Source: Gemmatimonadales bacterium (GTDB taxonomy: Bacteria > Gemmatimonadota > Gemmatimonadetes > Gemmatimonadales > GWC2-71-9). From it: DNA of 64,000 bases. Below, one piece after another: positions 19,338 to 28,997 of the stretch. Under the pieces are notes generated by a model. That model saw only the letters and a program-made list of their open reading frames with translations. It did not search any database and had not been told where the DNA came from. The stretch lies in NCBI GenBank assembly GCA_044867445.1, contig JBIOUY010000116.1, positions 2,611 to 66,610 of the forward strand, given 5' to 3'. The position numbers were made by a program, and so were the translations under genes. Within the stretch, counting starts at the first letter, position 1, and every line of letters starts with the position of its first letter.

Positions 19338-19894
19338 CACACCTTCCGCTTGGCCAGCACGACCGCTCCGATGATGGCCGCGAGGAGCAGGATCGACGTG
19401 ATCTCGAACGGAACCAGGTAGATCTGGAAGAGCGGCGCGGCGATGCCGCCAACTACGCCATGGGTGACCGCGTCCTGCCTGGCGATGACGCCCGCCGCGA
19501 AGGCGGCGGTCGGGTCGCGCATCCCGGGCGCCTGGGCGATCTCCGCCGCCAGCCGGCCCGGCGAGTAGCGCCACAGCGTCAGCAGCTCAACCAATAGCAG
19601 CCCCACGATCACGAGAGCCGCCGCCACGGAAGACGGCCCCCGAATGTCGGAGCTGGCGTGCCCCAGGTTGAGCAGCATGATCACGAAGAGAAAGAGCACC
19701 ATGACCGCGCCGGCGTACACCAGGACCTGAATCGCAGCGATGAACTGGGCATTGAGCAGGACGTAGATCGCCGCCAGCGAAAACATGGTGGACACCAGCC
19801 AAAGGGCGGCCGAGACCGGGTTTCGCTGCACGATACAGAGCGCGGCCGAGGCGACCGCGAGGACCGCGAAGAACCAGAAGACCGCGTGGGTCAT
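19337..19894 (-). CDS. nuoJ: NADH-quinone oxidoreductase subunit J
   Basis: 185-aa membrane protein between nuoI and nuoK. Confidence 0.88.
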   Translation of the reverse strand: MTHAVFWFFAVLAVASAALCIVQRNPVSAALWLVSTMFSLAAIYVLLNAQFIAAIQVLVYAGAVMVLFLFVIMLLNLGHASSDIRGPSSVAAALVIVGLLLVELLTLWRYSPGRLAAEIAQAPGMRDPTAAFAAGVIARQDAVTHGVVGGIAAPLFQIYLVPFEITSILLLAAIIGAVVLAKRKV

Positions 19895-20419
19895 CTATTC
19901 ACCCTTGGGGTCAGACGGATCCCATAGGCTCGAGACCGGATGGGTCTGGGACTGCAGCCGCTCGAGGTCGTACACGAACCGTCCCCGGCTGTATTCCGAA
20001 TTCTCGAAATGGACCCCGACGTGAATGGCCTCCTCGGGGCAGACCTCCTGGCAGTAACCGCAGAAGATGCAGCGGAATTCGTCAATCTCGTAAATCAGGG
20101 GATAGCGGTGGCCCTCCTCGTCCTCTCCCGGCACCAGCTTGATGCAGTTCGCCGGGCAAATTTGGGGACAGAGCCCGCAGGCCACGCACTTCGAGCGACC
20201 TTGCTCGTCGGTCAGCATTCGGTGCGTGCCCCGCCACCTGGGCGAGATGCTGTAGGACGGCATCCCGTGTTCCGGCCCGGTGCTCTTCTCTTCCGGATAC
20301 TGCATCGTCACCTTCTTCTCGAACATGTGCTTGAAGGTGAGCGCCATGCCTTTGAGCGTCGCCCGAACGTAGCTGACCTGTCGCTCGGGCCGCTTGAGTA
20401 CCTTGACCCCGATGGCCAT
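19895..20419 (-). CDS. nuoI: NADH-quinone oxidoreductase subunit I
   Basis: Long ORF 19895..21454 trimmed to ATG 20419 (MAIGVKVLKRPE). Carries two 4Fe-4S motifs, CVACGLCPQICP and CIFCGYCQEVCP. 174 aa. Confidence 0.92.
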   Translation of the reverse strand: MAIGVKVLKRPERQVSYVRATLKGMALTFKHMFEKKVTMQYPEEKSTGPEHGMPSYSISPRWRGTHRMLTDEQGRSKCVACGLCPQICPANCIKLVPGEDEEGHRYPLIYEIDEFRCIFCGYCQEVCPEEAIHVGVHFENSEYSRGRFVYDLERLQSQTHPVSSLWDPSDPKGE

Positions 20420-21687
20420 CAGCCGGCCACCGGCGCGCGAGCGCGGCGCGCCTCGAGTGTTTGCTGGCTCCGCACCGACCCGCGGACGAACATCCCACTG
20501 TCCAACACGCCGAATATCAAGAACCCGATGACTAGGTTGACTCCGAACAGCGCCAGCCCAGCGAGCTTCGGGGTGGTGATCCCGAGGACGTGTTCGATGA
20601 CCCAGATTGCCGTCGCGATGAGCATGATGTAGGCGAGCGCCAGCGGCATCAGCACCTTCCATCCCAGTGCCATCAATTGATCGTAGCGGAAGCGAGGCAG
20701 TGTCCAGCGGATCCACATCACGAAGAAGATCCAGAACATCAGCTTGAGAAAGAAGGCCAGCCCGGTGACCAGGGTCTGCAAGACGCCTCCAGCCTGGTCC
20801 CACGATCCCGGGATGTCCCACCCACCGAAGAAAAGCGTGGTCACCATGGCACAGACCGTCACCACGTTGGCGTACTCCGCGATGAAAAAGAAGGAGAACT
20901 TCATCGCGCTGTATTCCGTGTGGTATCCGGCGATCAGCTCCGACTCGGCCTCCGGAAGGTCGAAGGGGAGCCGGTTGGTTTCGGCGAACCCCGAGATCAA
21001 GAAGGTGAAGAAGGAGAGAAACAGCGGCAGGACGTACCAGAGCCCAGCCTGCTGATCGGCGATGATGGCGGAAAAGCTGACGTTGCCCGACAGCAGCAGC
21101 ACCGGGATCAGGGCCAGGCCCATGGCGACTTCGTAGGACACCATCTGGGCGCTGGCTCTGAGCCCTCCCAGCAAGGCGTACTTGCTGTTGGAGGACCAGC
21201 CTGCGAGTGCCACCCCATAGACGCCCAGCGAGCTGATGGCGATAACGAAGAGAAATCCGATCGGCAGGTCGGCCACCACCATAGGCATGGGGCCGTGATG
21301 CACCCAGCGCCCGAAATCGATCGGGAACAGCCCGAAGAAGCTGAAGCGGAGGGTGAAGTCGAAGTCGACTGGAAGCGGAGCGGCGAAGGGGATCACCGCC
21401 GAGAGGAGGAGCGCCGGAATAAAGGACATTGCCGGGGCGAGCAGGAAAAGCCACGGACTCGCCGCCGCCGGATAGGTCTCCTCCTTCAAGATGTTCTTGA
21501 CCCCATCGGCGGCCGGCTGGAGAAGGCCGGCCCAGCCCACCCGATTAGGTCCCCGGCGATTCTGCATCCAAGCGCTCACCTTGCGCTCCATCAGGGTGAG
21601 CAGCGCCACACCCACCATGATCACGGTGAACACGAAGAGCATCTTGAGGACGCTCAAGAGCAGAAAACCCTTTGTCTCGGGTGTCAT
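20419..21687 (-). CDS. nuoH: NADH-quinone oxidoreductase subunit H
   Basis: ORF trimmed to ATG 21687 (ATGA overlap with the nuoG stop). Contains MERKVSAWMQNRRGPNRVG. 422 aa, polytopic. Confidence 0.92.
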   Translation of the reverse strand: MTPETKGFLLLSVLKMLFVFTVIMVGVALLTLMERKVSAWMQNRRGPNRVGWAGLLQPAADGVKNILKEETYPAAASPWLFLLAPAMSFIPALLLSAVIPFAAPLPVDFDFTLRFSFFGLFPIDFGRWVHHGPMPMVVADLPIGFLFVIAISSLGVYGVALAGWSSNSKYALLGGLRASAQMVSYEVAMGLALIPVLLLSGNVSFSAIIADQQAGLWYVLPLFLSFFTFLISGFAETNRLPFDLPEAESELIAGYHTEYSAMKFSFFFIAEYANVVTVCAMVTTLFFGGWDIPGSWDQAGGVLQTLVTGLAFFLKLMFWIFFVMWIRWTLPRFRYDQLMALGWKVLMPLALAYIMLIATAIWVIEHVLGITTPKLAGLALFGVNLVIGFLIFGVLDSGMFVRGSVRSQQTLEARRARAPVAG

Positions 21688-23264
21688 CGCGCGACCTCGT
21701 GGCCCGCCGATGCGAGCACCCGGCCGGTGTACCCCAGGTCGCGGTAGCTCAGGCCGGCGAAGGTCGGCCAACGATCAGCCAGGAGCTCAAACGCTTCGGC
21801 AGCCGTGGATGGGATCGAGACGCCGGCCTCATTCCGCCCCACCAGCTCTCCGGCGATCCACCAGGCCGGCCGTGCCATCCCGGGCTGCGACTTGGCCTGA
21901 TAGAAGCGCTGCAGCCGGCGGTCGCGGTTCACATAGGTTCCGTTCTCTTCTGCCATGTTGGTGACCGGCAGAACCACCTCGGCGTTCCGAAGGCTGGCGG
22001 GAAAGACGGTCGCCAACACCAGCACCAAGCCCGGCGCTCCGGCCAGGACGGCCTCATCGGCCGGACCCAGCTCGGCATCGAGTACCAGCACAACGGAGGC
22101 GCTCAGCGCCTCGCGCATTGCGGCGTCCCAGGACCGGGTGTACCCCAAGAGCTCCGCACCGACCAGGTTGGGGGCGCGCTCCCTTCGCAGCGCGAGGTTG
22201 GGTACCCGCGCCAGCGGCGCCTCCTCGCCAACTGGTACCTGCACCACGCCCGTCGTCTCGAACCGATCGAGCATGCGACGAATCAGGCCGAGCGATTCGG
22301 TCGAGGCCCGGCCGGACGCGAGAATGACCGCTCGACCCGAGGCCCCACGCACTACTTGCTCTAGTCGCGCCAGGGCGGTGTCCCAATCGACCGCGAGGTG
22401 CCGGTTGCCGTCCCGCACCAGCGGTGCCTCGATCCGGTCGCCGCGGTTCATCCACCGGTAGTTCATCCGGCCATAGTCACACATGAAATGCCGGTTGACT
22501 TCGAGGTTGGGCCGGGGCCGCAGCCGGACAACCACATCGTCTCGGGTATCGATGTTGATGTTGCATCCCTGGGTGCAGCCGGGGCAGATGCTGGCACTCT
22601 TGTCGAGGTCCCAGGCCCTGGCCTTGTGCAGGAAGTCCTTGGAGAGGAGCGAACCGACCGGACAGAGATCCACTACGTTGCCGGACCAGGGGTGATCCAG
22701 CTTCTGCTGCTCCGAGATGCCAATGAAGGCTCGGTCGCCCCGCTCCGACACATTGAGGACCGGTGCGGCCGCGACATCCTCCATGAAGCGCACGCACCGG
22801 GTGCAGAGGATGCAGCGGTTGGGCACGTACAGGATGTCCGGACCGAAGTCTTCCACCGGGTTGTATCGCTTGGCGTATTCCTGGTAACGGGTTCCCGAGC
22901 GCCCCTCCTGGAAGACGTAGTTCTGCAGCTCGCACTCGCCCGCCTGGTCGCAGATAGGACAATCCAGCGGGTGATTGATCAACAGCAGCTCCAGCACTCC
23001 CTCACGCGCCTTCTTCGCGGTGGGGCTGTCCACGTGCACCACCTGGCCCTCCGCCACGGTGGTGACACACGCCGGCATCAGCTTGGGGGACTTCTCCACT
23101 TCGACCAGACACATCCGGCAGACCGCCGGCGAGGGCAGCGAGGGATGGTAGCAATAGTGTGGGACCAGCACGCCCGCCTGCTTGGCGGCCTCGATGATGG
23201 TCATCCCCTTGGGAACGGCAATCTGCGCGCCGTCGATGGTTACGTTGACCAGTTCGTCGGCCAT
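21684..23264 (-). CDS. nuoG: NADH-quinone oxidoreductase subunit G (short form)
   Basis: MADELVNVTIDG N-terminus with 2Fe-2S and 4Fe-4S Cys clusters (CYHPSL..CRMC; CILCTRCVRF). ATG 23264 preferred over TTG 23267. Confidence 0.9.
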   Translation of the reverse strand: MADELVNVTIDGAQIAVPKGMTIIEAAKQAGVLVPHYCYHPSLPSPAVCRMCLVEVEKSPKLMPACVTTVAEGQVVHVDSPTAKKAREGVLELLLINHPLDCPICDQAGECELQNYVFQEGRSGTRYQEYAKRYNPVEDFGPDILYVPNRCILCTRCVRFMEDVAAAPVLNVSERGDRAFIGISEQQKLDHPWSGNVVDLCPVGSLLSKDFLHKARAWDLDKSASICPGCTQGCNINIDTRDDVVVRLRPRPNLEVNRHFMCDYGRMNYRWMNRGDRIEAPLVRDGNRHLAVDWDTALARLEQVVRGASGRAVILASGRASTESLGLIRRMLDRFETTGVVQVPVGEEAPLARVPNLALRRERAPNLVGAELLGYTRSWDAAMREALSASVVLVLDAELGPADEAVLAGAPGLVLVLATVFPASLRNAEVVLPVTNMAEENGTYVNRDRRLQRFYQAKSQPGMARPAWWIAGELVGRNEAGVSIPSTAAEAFELLADRWPTFAGLSYRDLGYTGRVLASAGHEVAR

Positions 23265-23292
23265 CAAGATCCTCGCTGGACTCCGGAGGCGG

Positions 23293-23408
23293 TTTTACCA
23301 CGGAGGCACAGAGGGCACAGAGCCCACCGAGAAATGCTTTGGTTGAACAGCACACCCACAAAGCTTCTGCTCTGTGCCCTCTGTGTGCTCTGTGCCTCTG
23401 TGGTAAAG
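23293..23408. repeat. nonamer-periodic quasi-palindrome 5 (unit GGCACAGAG), nuoF|nuoG spacer
   Basis: Left arm ttttaccacggag(gcacagagg)(gcacagag)c at 23293-23323 has 2 units. Right arm 23369-23408 has 3 units (ctctgtgcc ctctgtgtg ctctgtgcc) followed by tctgtggtaaag. The stem is about 30 bp with a 9-nt bulge. Confidence 0.85.
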
Positions 23409-23420
23409 CGCCGCACCTTC

Positions 23421-24728
23421 TTAAACCGCCGCCATTGCCGGCTCGCGGGCACCGGCGATATACGCCTCGAATTCCTCCCGGAACTTCTGGATCCCGCTCA
23501 CCACCGGGGCAGCACAGGAATCGCTCAGCACGCAAATGGTCTTGCCCGTCATGTTTTCGGAGAGGTCGAGCAGCAGCTGGAAGTCATCTGCCTTGCCCTT
23601 CCCCGACAGGATCCGCTCCAGCACCCGCGTGGTCCATGCCGTTCCTTCGCGGCACTGGGTACACTGGGCACAGGATTCGTGGGCATAGAACCGGGCCAGG
23701 CGCCAGATCTGATAGACCATGTCGGTCTGATCGTCCATCACGATCAAGCCGGCCGAGCCCAACATCGATCCCTTGGCGACGATCCCCTCGTAGTCGAAGA
23801 GCGCTTCCTCCGCCTCGACTCGGGTCATGATCGGCACCGAGGAGCCCCCCGGGATAACAGCCTTGATGGTCCGTCCCGGAGGCGGTCCTCCCGCCATGTC
23901 GTAGAGAATTTCCTTCAGGGGCGTGCCCATTGTGACCTCGTAATTGCCTGGCCGCTGCACGTGGCCGCAGATCGAGATCAACTTGGTGCCAGTGCTCTTG
24001 GGATTGCCGAGGCAAAGGCTCTTATACCATTCGGCGCCGCGCACGAGGATGTGCGGCACCGCGGCCAGCGTCTCCACGTTGTTGATGGTCGTCGGCATGC
24101 CGAACACCCCGGCGACCGGAGGGTAGGGAGGCTTGATCCGAGGATTGCCCCGCCGGCCCTCGATCGAACTCAGCATCGCGGTCTCTTCCCCGCAGATGTA
24201 GGCGCCCGCGCCTCGGTGCAGGACCATGTCGATCCGCTTGCCGCTGCCGAACACGTTGTTCCCCAGCGCGCCCTTGGCGTACGCCTCGGCCACAGCCGCG
24301 CTCATGATCTGCCAGGGATCGGTGAACTCCCCCCGGATGTAGATGTAGCACCGTTCGGCGCCGATGGCGTAGGAAGCGATGGCGCAGCCCTCGATCAGCT
24401 GGTGCGGCGTCCACCGCATGATCTCCCGGTCCTTGAAGGTGCCGGGCTCGGACTCGTCCGCGTTGCAGACCATGTAGTGGGGCTTCACCACCTCTTTGGG
24501 CATGAAGGACCACTTGAGACCGGTGGGGAAGCCGGCTCCGCCGCGCCCGCGCAGCCCCGAGGCCTTCACCTGCTCCACGATCTCTTCGCGACTCATCCCC
24601 AGCGCCTTCCGCAGGCCCTCATACCCGCCCCGCTTCACCCAGCCATCAAAGCTGCGGGCCTCCGGCTCGCCGAAGTGCCGGGAGAGAACCAGCGTCTCCT
24701 TGGGGTGGCTCGGATGGGGATAGCCCAT
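23421..24728 (-). CDS. nuoF: NADH-quinone oxidoreductase subunit F
   Basis: 435 aa. Contains GLRGRGGAGFPTGLKW (FMN/NADH site) and ESCAQCTQCREG (N3 cluster). Confidence 0.95.
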   Translation of the reverse strand: MGYPHPSHPKETLVLSRHFGEPEARSFDGWVKRGGYEGLRKALGMSREEIVEQVKASGLRGRGGAGFPTGLKWSFMPKEVVKPHYMVCNADESEPGTFKDREIMRWTPHQLIEGCAIASYAIGAERCYIYIRGEFTDPWQIMSAAVAEAYAKGALGNNVFGSGKRIDMVLHRGAGAYICGEETAMLSSIEGRRGNPRIKPPYPPVAGVFGMPTTINNVETLAAVPHILVRGAEWYKSLCLGNPKSTGTKLISICGHVQRPGNYEVTMGTPLKEILYDMAGGPPPGRTIKAVIPGGSSVPIMTRVEAEEALFDYEGIVAKGSMLGSAGLIVMDDQTDMVYQIWRLARFYAHESCAQCTQCREGTAWTTRVLERILSGKGKADDFQLLLDLSENMTGKTICVLSDSCAAPVVSGIQKFREEFEAYIAGAREPAMAAV

Positions 24729-25243
24729 TACGGATACCTCTGCAGAATGCCGGGCACCTTCGCGGGAGTCACACTCTCGATGAAGTCGTCATCAATCAGG
24801 ATAGGAGTGGCGAACCCGCATGCGCCGAGACACTCCACCTCGATGACGGTGAACCGGCCATCGGGGCTGGTGGCGCCAAGCTCGCCGCAGCCGGTCTCGC
24901 GCAGCATCGCCTTGACCACCTCTTCGGCGCCGCAAATGTTGCACGGCGTAGTGGTGCAGACCTGGATGAAATGGCGGCCGACCGGGTGAGTGTGGTACAT
25001 CGTGTAGAAGGTGACCACACCCTTCACGTAGGCGGGGGTCAGATCCAACACCTCGGCCACCTCGCCGATAGCCGGCTCCGAGATCCAGCCACGAGCCTGC
25101 TGCACCAACCAGAGTGCGGGGAGCAGGCAGGCCTGCTTGGTCGGATACTGGGCGAAGAGCCGGTCCAGCTCGGCCCGATTCTCGCCCACGAAGACCGGTT
25201 CGTGAGGGGCGGTCTGGGTTCCGTGTCCCCCAGTGCTGCTCAT
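24728..25243 (-). CDS. nuoE: NADH-quinone oxidoreductase subunit E
   Basis: 171 aa with 2Fe-2S cysteines CTTTPCNICG...ECLGACG. Confidence 0.93.
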   Translation of the reverse strand: MSSTGGHGTQTAPHEPVFVGENRAELDRLFAQYPTKQACLLPALWLVQQARGWISEPAIGEVAEVLDLTPAYVKGVVTFYTMYHTHPVGRHFIQVCTTTPCNICGAEEVVKAMLRETGCGELGATSPDGRFTVIEVECLGACGFATPILIDDDFIESVTPAKVPGILQRYP

Positions 25244-26532
25244 CGATCCACTTCTCCCATGACGATGTCTATGCTGGCGTTGATCGCGATCACGTCGGAG
25301 AGCAGCGCACCCTCACACATCTTGGGAAGGCTGGCGAGGTTGATAAATGAAGGAGGCCGAATCCGCCAGCGGACCGGTTTGCTGGTTCCGTCGGAGACGA
25401 AATAGGTGCCCAGCTCACCCTTGGGGTTCTCGATACCCAGGTAGGCCTCTCCCGCCGGTGGTTTCACCCCCTCCATCACCTGCTTGAAGTGGAAGATCAT
25501 GGCCTCCATGTCGCTCATGGCGCGGGACTTAGACGGCAGAATCACGCGGGGATCGGACACGTTGATGGGCGCGCCTTTGAGTGACTTGAGCCGATCGAGC
25601 GCCTGCTCGAGGATCCGGTTGGACTGCCACATCTCTTCCAGCCGGACCCGGTAGCGATCGTAGATGTCCCCGTGCTCTCCCACAGGGACATCGAAATCAT
25701 AGGTCTCATACCCGAGGTAGGGACGATCCTTCCGGACATCGTAATCCACGCCGCTCGCCCGCAGCATGGGGCCGGAGAGCGAATAGTTGATCGCCTCTTC
25801 GGCGGTGAGCGCCCCAAGGCCCTGGGTCCGCCCGATCCAGATGGCGTTACGGGTGAAGATGGTGTCCACCTCGGTGAGGGTGCTGGGGAAGGTTCGGGTG
25901 AATTCCCGTAAGCCGTCCTCGAACCCATCGGGGATGTCGGCCATCAATCCCCCGACGCGGGTGAGACTGGTGGTGAGTCGAGCCCCGGTCCACATCTCCT
26001 GCAGGTTGTAAATTCGCTCGCGCTCCTGGAACGACCACAGGAAGGGGGTGTAGGCTCCCAGATCGATGCCGGTGGTACCCAGCCAGACGAGGTGGGAGAT
26101 GATGCGGCTCATCTCGCAGGCAATCACTCGCAACACCTGGCAGCGTTCGGTGACCTCGATCCCCATCAGTTTCTCCACCCCCATCGCGAGACAGACATTG
26201 TTCGCCATGGGCGACAGGTAGTCGGTCCGGTCGGTGAGCGGGATAATCTGGTTGTAGTGGCGATACTCGCCCAGCTTCTCAAAGCCGGAATGCAGATAGC
26301 CAAGATGGGGAATGCAACGCTTGACCGTTTCCCCTTCGAGCTCGAGCACCAGCCGAAGCACGCCGTGGGTTGCCGGGTGTTGCGGGCCGATGTTGACCAG
26401 CATGTGCTCCGCTCCGAACTCCTCGTCGTAGCGGGGTTGACGGTCCTTCACGCCGAGCGGAACACGAGTGGGTTGGCCCTGCTGATCCACACCGGGCGTC
26501 GCCAGCGCCATCTCGACTGTTCGCAGACTCAT
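25240..26532 (-). CDS. nuoD: NADH-quinone oxidoreductase subunit D
   Basis: 430 aa. 49-kDa subunit motif GPQHPATHGVLRL. Confidence 0.95.
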   Translation of the reverse strand: MSLRTVEMALATPGVDQQGQPTRVPLGVKDRQPRYDEEFGAEHMLVNIGPQHPATHGVLRLVLELEGETVKRCIPHLGYLHSGFEKLGEYRHYNQIIPLTDRTDYLSPMANNVCLAMGVEKLMGIEVTERCQVLRVIACEMSRIISHLVWLGTTGIDLGAYTPFLWSFQERERIYNLQEMWTGARLTTSLTRVGGLMADIPDGFEDGLREFTRTFPSTLTEVDTIFTRNAIWIGRTQGLGALTAEEAINYSLSGPMLRASGVDYDVRKDRPYLGYETYDFDVPVGEHGDIYDRYRVRLEEMWQSNRILEQALDRLKSLKGAPINVSDPRVILPSKSRAMSDMEAMIFHFKQVMEGVKPPAGEAYLGIENPKGELGTYFVSDGTSKPVRWRIRPPSFINLASLPKMCEGALLSDVIAINASIDIVMGEVDR

Positions 26533-27146
26533 TTCAGGAACCCTCGTTCACCTCGGGCCAGGCGCTCCCGCATGTCCGCGGGGAGCTCATCGAAGGCCTC
26601 GGCGATGGACAACTCTTCCATTGAGTAGTGCGCCTCCGGATTGGCGGCGAGCGCCTGCCGGGTCTGCTCCGCTCGGCTGAAATGCCCTCGGAGGGGGAAT
26701 TCCTTGCGCAGGGGAAAACCCTCAGCGTAGGTGTCCCACATGAGAATCCGGCGAAGATCGGGATGGCCGGTAAACACCACGCCGAACATGTCATAGGCTT
26801 CGCGCTCCAGCCAGTCGGCACCGCGCCAGAGGTCCCACACCGAGCGCACTTCCATCGGCTCCCATTTGTTCAGCGCAATCTTGGCGCGAAGATCCACTCT
26901 CCTGCTGAGCGAACGCAGCTGATAGACGAGCTCGAGCGGACGCTCGGGATCGCGGTACTCGACCGCAGTGATGTCGGTGAGATAGTTGAACTCCTCCCCC
27001 GGCGTGTCCTTGAGCCAGGCGAGGATATCGTGCGCCCGCTCCCGCGACAGATACACGATGGTGTCGCCGCAAGAGACCAGGTGGCGTTCGATGGCGGGGC
27101 CGAACTCGGCGCGGAGCGCGGCGAGGCTGGATGAAGGAGAGCTCAT
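26529..27146 (-). CDS. nuoC: NADH-quinone oxidoreductase subunit C
   Basis: 205 aa. 30-kDa subunit core (WLEREAYDMFGVVFTGHPDLRRIL) with a C-terminal extension. Confidence 0.9.
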   Translation of the reverse strand: MSSPSSSLAALRAEFGPAIERHLVSCGDTIVYLSRERAHDILAWLKDTPGEEFNYLTDITAVEYRDPERPLELVYQLRSLSRRVDLRAKIALNKWEPMEVRSVWDLWRGADWLEREAYDMFGVVFTGHPDLRRILMWDTYAEGFPLRKEFPLRGHFSRAEQTRQALAANPEAHYSMEELSIAEAFDELPADMRERLARGERGFLK

Positions 27147-27210
27147 CGAGTTTCGGCGTCGCCCTGACGGAGTACGGCGGCCGAAGCCGCGGACGCTCGC
27201 TCGCGCGTTG

Positions 27211-27253
27211 GCTTCGCCGAGCCTGCCCTGAGGAACGAAGGGCTCAGGGTGAC
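27211..27253 (-). repeat. hairpin repeat family 2 (GTCAYCCYGAGCCCTTCG...CTCAGGRCAGGCT), copy in the nuoC|nuoB spacer
   Basis: The minus strand reads gtcaccctgagcccttcgttcctcagggcaggctcggcgaagc. It contains a 7-bp stem ccctgag/ctcaggg. Colinear with the plus-strand copy at 53154. Confidence 0.75.
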
Positions 27254-27275
27254 AGTGCGGGTGGTGAGGGACATC

Positions 27276-27905
27276 TCAGGCTGAGCGAGTCTGGTGAACT
27301 GAATTACCGAAGGGCTCGGAAAGCTCGTCGACCCGGTCCGGGGGCAGGAAGAGGCCGGACGGGCCTACCAGCTGCTCCTCCCGCAAGAGGTCGTCCGTAA
27401 TGCTTTCGCCTTTGATCTTTTTCTGCAACAGCAGAATGCCGTACAGCAAACCCTCCGGGCGCGGGGGACAGCCTGGGACATAAATGTCCACCGGAATGAT
27501 CGTATCGATCCCCTGCACCATCGAATAGTTGTCGAAGATCCCGCCTGAGGACGCGCAGGCCCCCATGGAGATGGACCACTTGGGCTGAGGCATCTGATCC
27601 CAGATGCGCCGGATCACCGGCGCGAGCTTGAACGGCAGGCGTCCGGCGCAGATCAGTACGTCGGCCTGGCGGGGGGAGAAGCTCTGGCGCTCCATCCCAA
27701 ACCGGGCGAGGTCGAACCGGCTCGCCGCGGTGGCCATGTACTCGATGGCACAGCAGGCGGTGCCGAACGGCATGGGCCAGAGCGAGTTTGCCCGCGCCCA
27801 GTTGGTGAGAAAGTCGAGCCGGGTCGTCACCCAGTTGGGCGACATAGAGGAAACCGTGGTGACCTCATCGGCTCGGTTTTCGGTAGCGGGATTGCTCAAT
27901 CCCAT
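27276..27905 (-). CDS. nuoB: NADH-quinone oxidoreductase subunit B
   Basis: 209 aa. PSST-type motifs FGTACCAIE and GCPPRPE. Confidence 0.93.
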   Translation of the reverse strand: MGLSNPATENRADEVTTVSSMSPNWVTTRLDFLTNWARANSLWPMPFGTACCAIEYMATAASRFDLARFGMERQSFSPRQADVLICAGRLPFKLAPVIRRIWDQMPQPKWSISMGACASSGGIFDNYSMVQGIDTIIPVDIYVPGCPPRPEGLLYGILLLQKKIKGESITDDLLREEQLVGPSGLFLPPDRVDELSEPFGNSVHQTRSA

Positions 27906-28261
27906 TGCAATGCTCCGCGCTTCCAGATGTAGACGTATCCCACCGCGAGGATGAGGATGAAGACGAACATTTCAACGATCAGCAGGCCGGAGATCTCGCC
28001 CATCTGGCGGAAGGCCACGGCCCACGGGATCATGAACACGGTCTCGATGTCAAACACGATAAACAACATCGCAACCAGGTAGAATTTGACGGAGAACCGT
28101 TCCCGGGCGTCACCCAGTACCGGCATCCCGGACTCATAGGGTGCGATCTTGGTCGGGGTGCGGCGGTAGGTGGAGAGGAGATGCGAAGCGCCCAACATGA
28201 GGATCGCGTTGGCAATGACGAAAGCGATCAGAATCAGGATCGGGCCGTAAGGCTGCAGCAT
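27896..28261 (-). CDS. nuoA: NADH-quinone oxidoreductase subunit A
   Basis: 121 aa with three TM helices. First gene of the nuo operon. Confidence 0.9.
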   Translation of the reverse strand: MLQPYGPILILIAFVIANAILMLGASHLLSTYRRTPTKIAPYESGMPVLGDARERFSVKFYLVAMLFIVFDIETVFMIPWAVAFRQMGEISGLLIVEMFVFILILAVGYVYIWKRGALQWD

Positions 28262-28418
28262 GGGACTCGGCTTTCGTGAATTTTTTCACTTATATGGGCA
28301 AGGTAACGCGGTCAGAGAGCGGATTCAACTCTGCGCGCGCCCCTGCTCTCGCTATATTCCCCGCCGTTCCGGCAGGGTACAATCCTGCCACATTCTGTCC
28401 GCCGTTCCCCGAGGCGCC
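28262..28418. promoter_or_regulatory. divergent nuoA / dcd control region
   Basis: 157-nt spacer between divergent genes. Inverted repeat GTGAAttttTTCAC at 28276-28289. A minus-strand TATAAG -10-like box lies just upstream of it relative to nuoA. A plus-strand TACAAT at 28378-28383 sits in the loop of ggcagg/cctgcc. Direct repeat ccgccgttcc at 28361 and 28399. Confidence 0.3.
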
Positions 28419-28997
28419 ATGTCTATTAAGTCCGATCGCTGGATCCGGCAACAGGCCCTGGAACATGGCATGATCGAGCCCTTCGTCGAGGGCCAGGTCC
28501 GCCAGCCCGACCAGCGGGGTCTCCTGGCGATCTCCTACGGGCTCTCGAGCTACGGCTACGACATGCGGGTGGCGCCCGAATTCAAGATCTTCACCAACGT
28601 CCTAAGCGCGGTGGTCGATCCCAAGAAATTCGATTCGCGCAGCTTTGTGGAGTTCGAGGGCGATGTCTGCATCGTACCGCCCAATAGTTTCGCCTTGGCC
28701 CGTTCGGTGGAATACTTCCGCATTCCTCGCAACGTCCTCACCATCTGCGTCGGCAAGAGTACCTACGCCCGCTGCGGTATCATCACCAACGTGACCCCGT
28801 TCGAGCCGGAGTGGGAAGGACACGTCACTCTGGAGATTTCGAACACTACCCCGCTTCCGGCCAAGGTCTATGCCAATGAGGGGATCTGCCAGGTACTCTT
28901 CTTTGAGGCCGATGCGGACGATGTGTGTGAGGTCAGCTACGCGGACAAGTCGGGCAAGTACCAGGGGCAGGTGGGCGTCACCCTGCCCAAACTCTGA
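28419..28997 (+). CDS. dcd: dCTP deaminase
   Basis: ORF 28260..28997 trimmed to ATG 28419. [22 protein letters not shown] ... [12 protein letters not shown] ... [14 protein letters not shown]. 192 aa. Confidence 0.9.
   Translation: MSIKSDRWIRQQALEHGMIEPFVEGQVRQPDQRGLLAISYGLSSYGYDMRVAPEFKIFTNVLSAVVDPKKFDSRSFVEFEGDVCIVPPNSFALARSVEYFRIPRNVLTICVGKSTYARCGIITNVTPFEPEWEGHVTLEISNTTPLPAKVYANEGICQVLFFEADADDVCEVSYADKSGKYQGQVGVTLPKL

Noticed and set aside
19895-21454. 519-aa minus-strand ORF spanning nuoI and most of nuoH.
   Set aside because: Only the last 174 codons (from ATG 20419) encode NuoI with its two ferredoxin motifs. The upstream part is an out-of-frame read through nuoH with low-complexity Arg/Gly content.
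22398-24989. 863-aa plus-strand ORF. Similar long antisense ORFs occur at 38439-40331, 20590-21747, 17044-17937, 7183-8259 and 35370-36386.
   Set aside because: These lie exactly opposite well-supported minus-strand genes (nuoG/F, sdhA, nuoH, nuoL, sucD, LVIVD). Their translations are Arg/Gly/Pro/His-rich with no recognisable motifs. They are typical shadow ORFs of GC-rich DNA.
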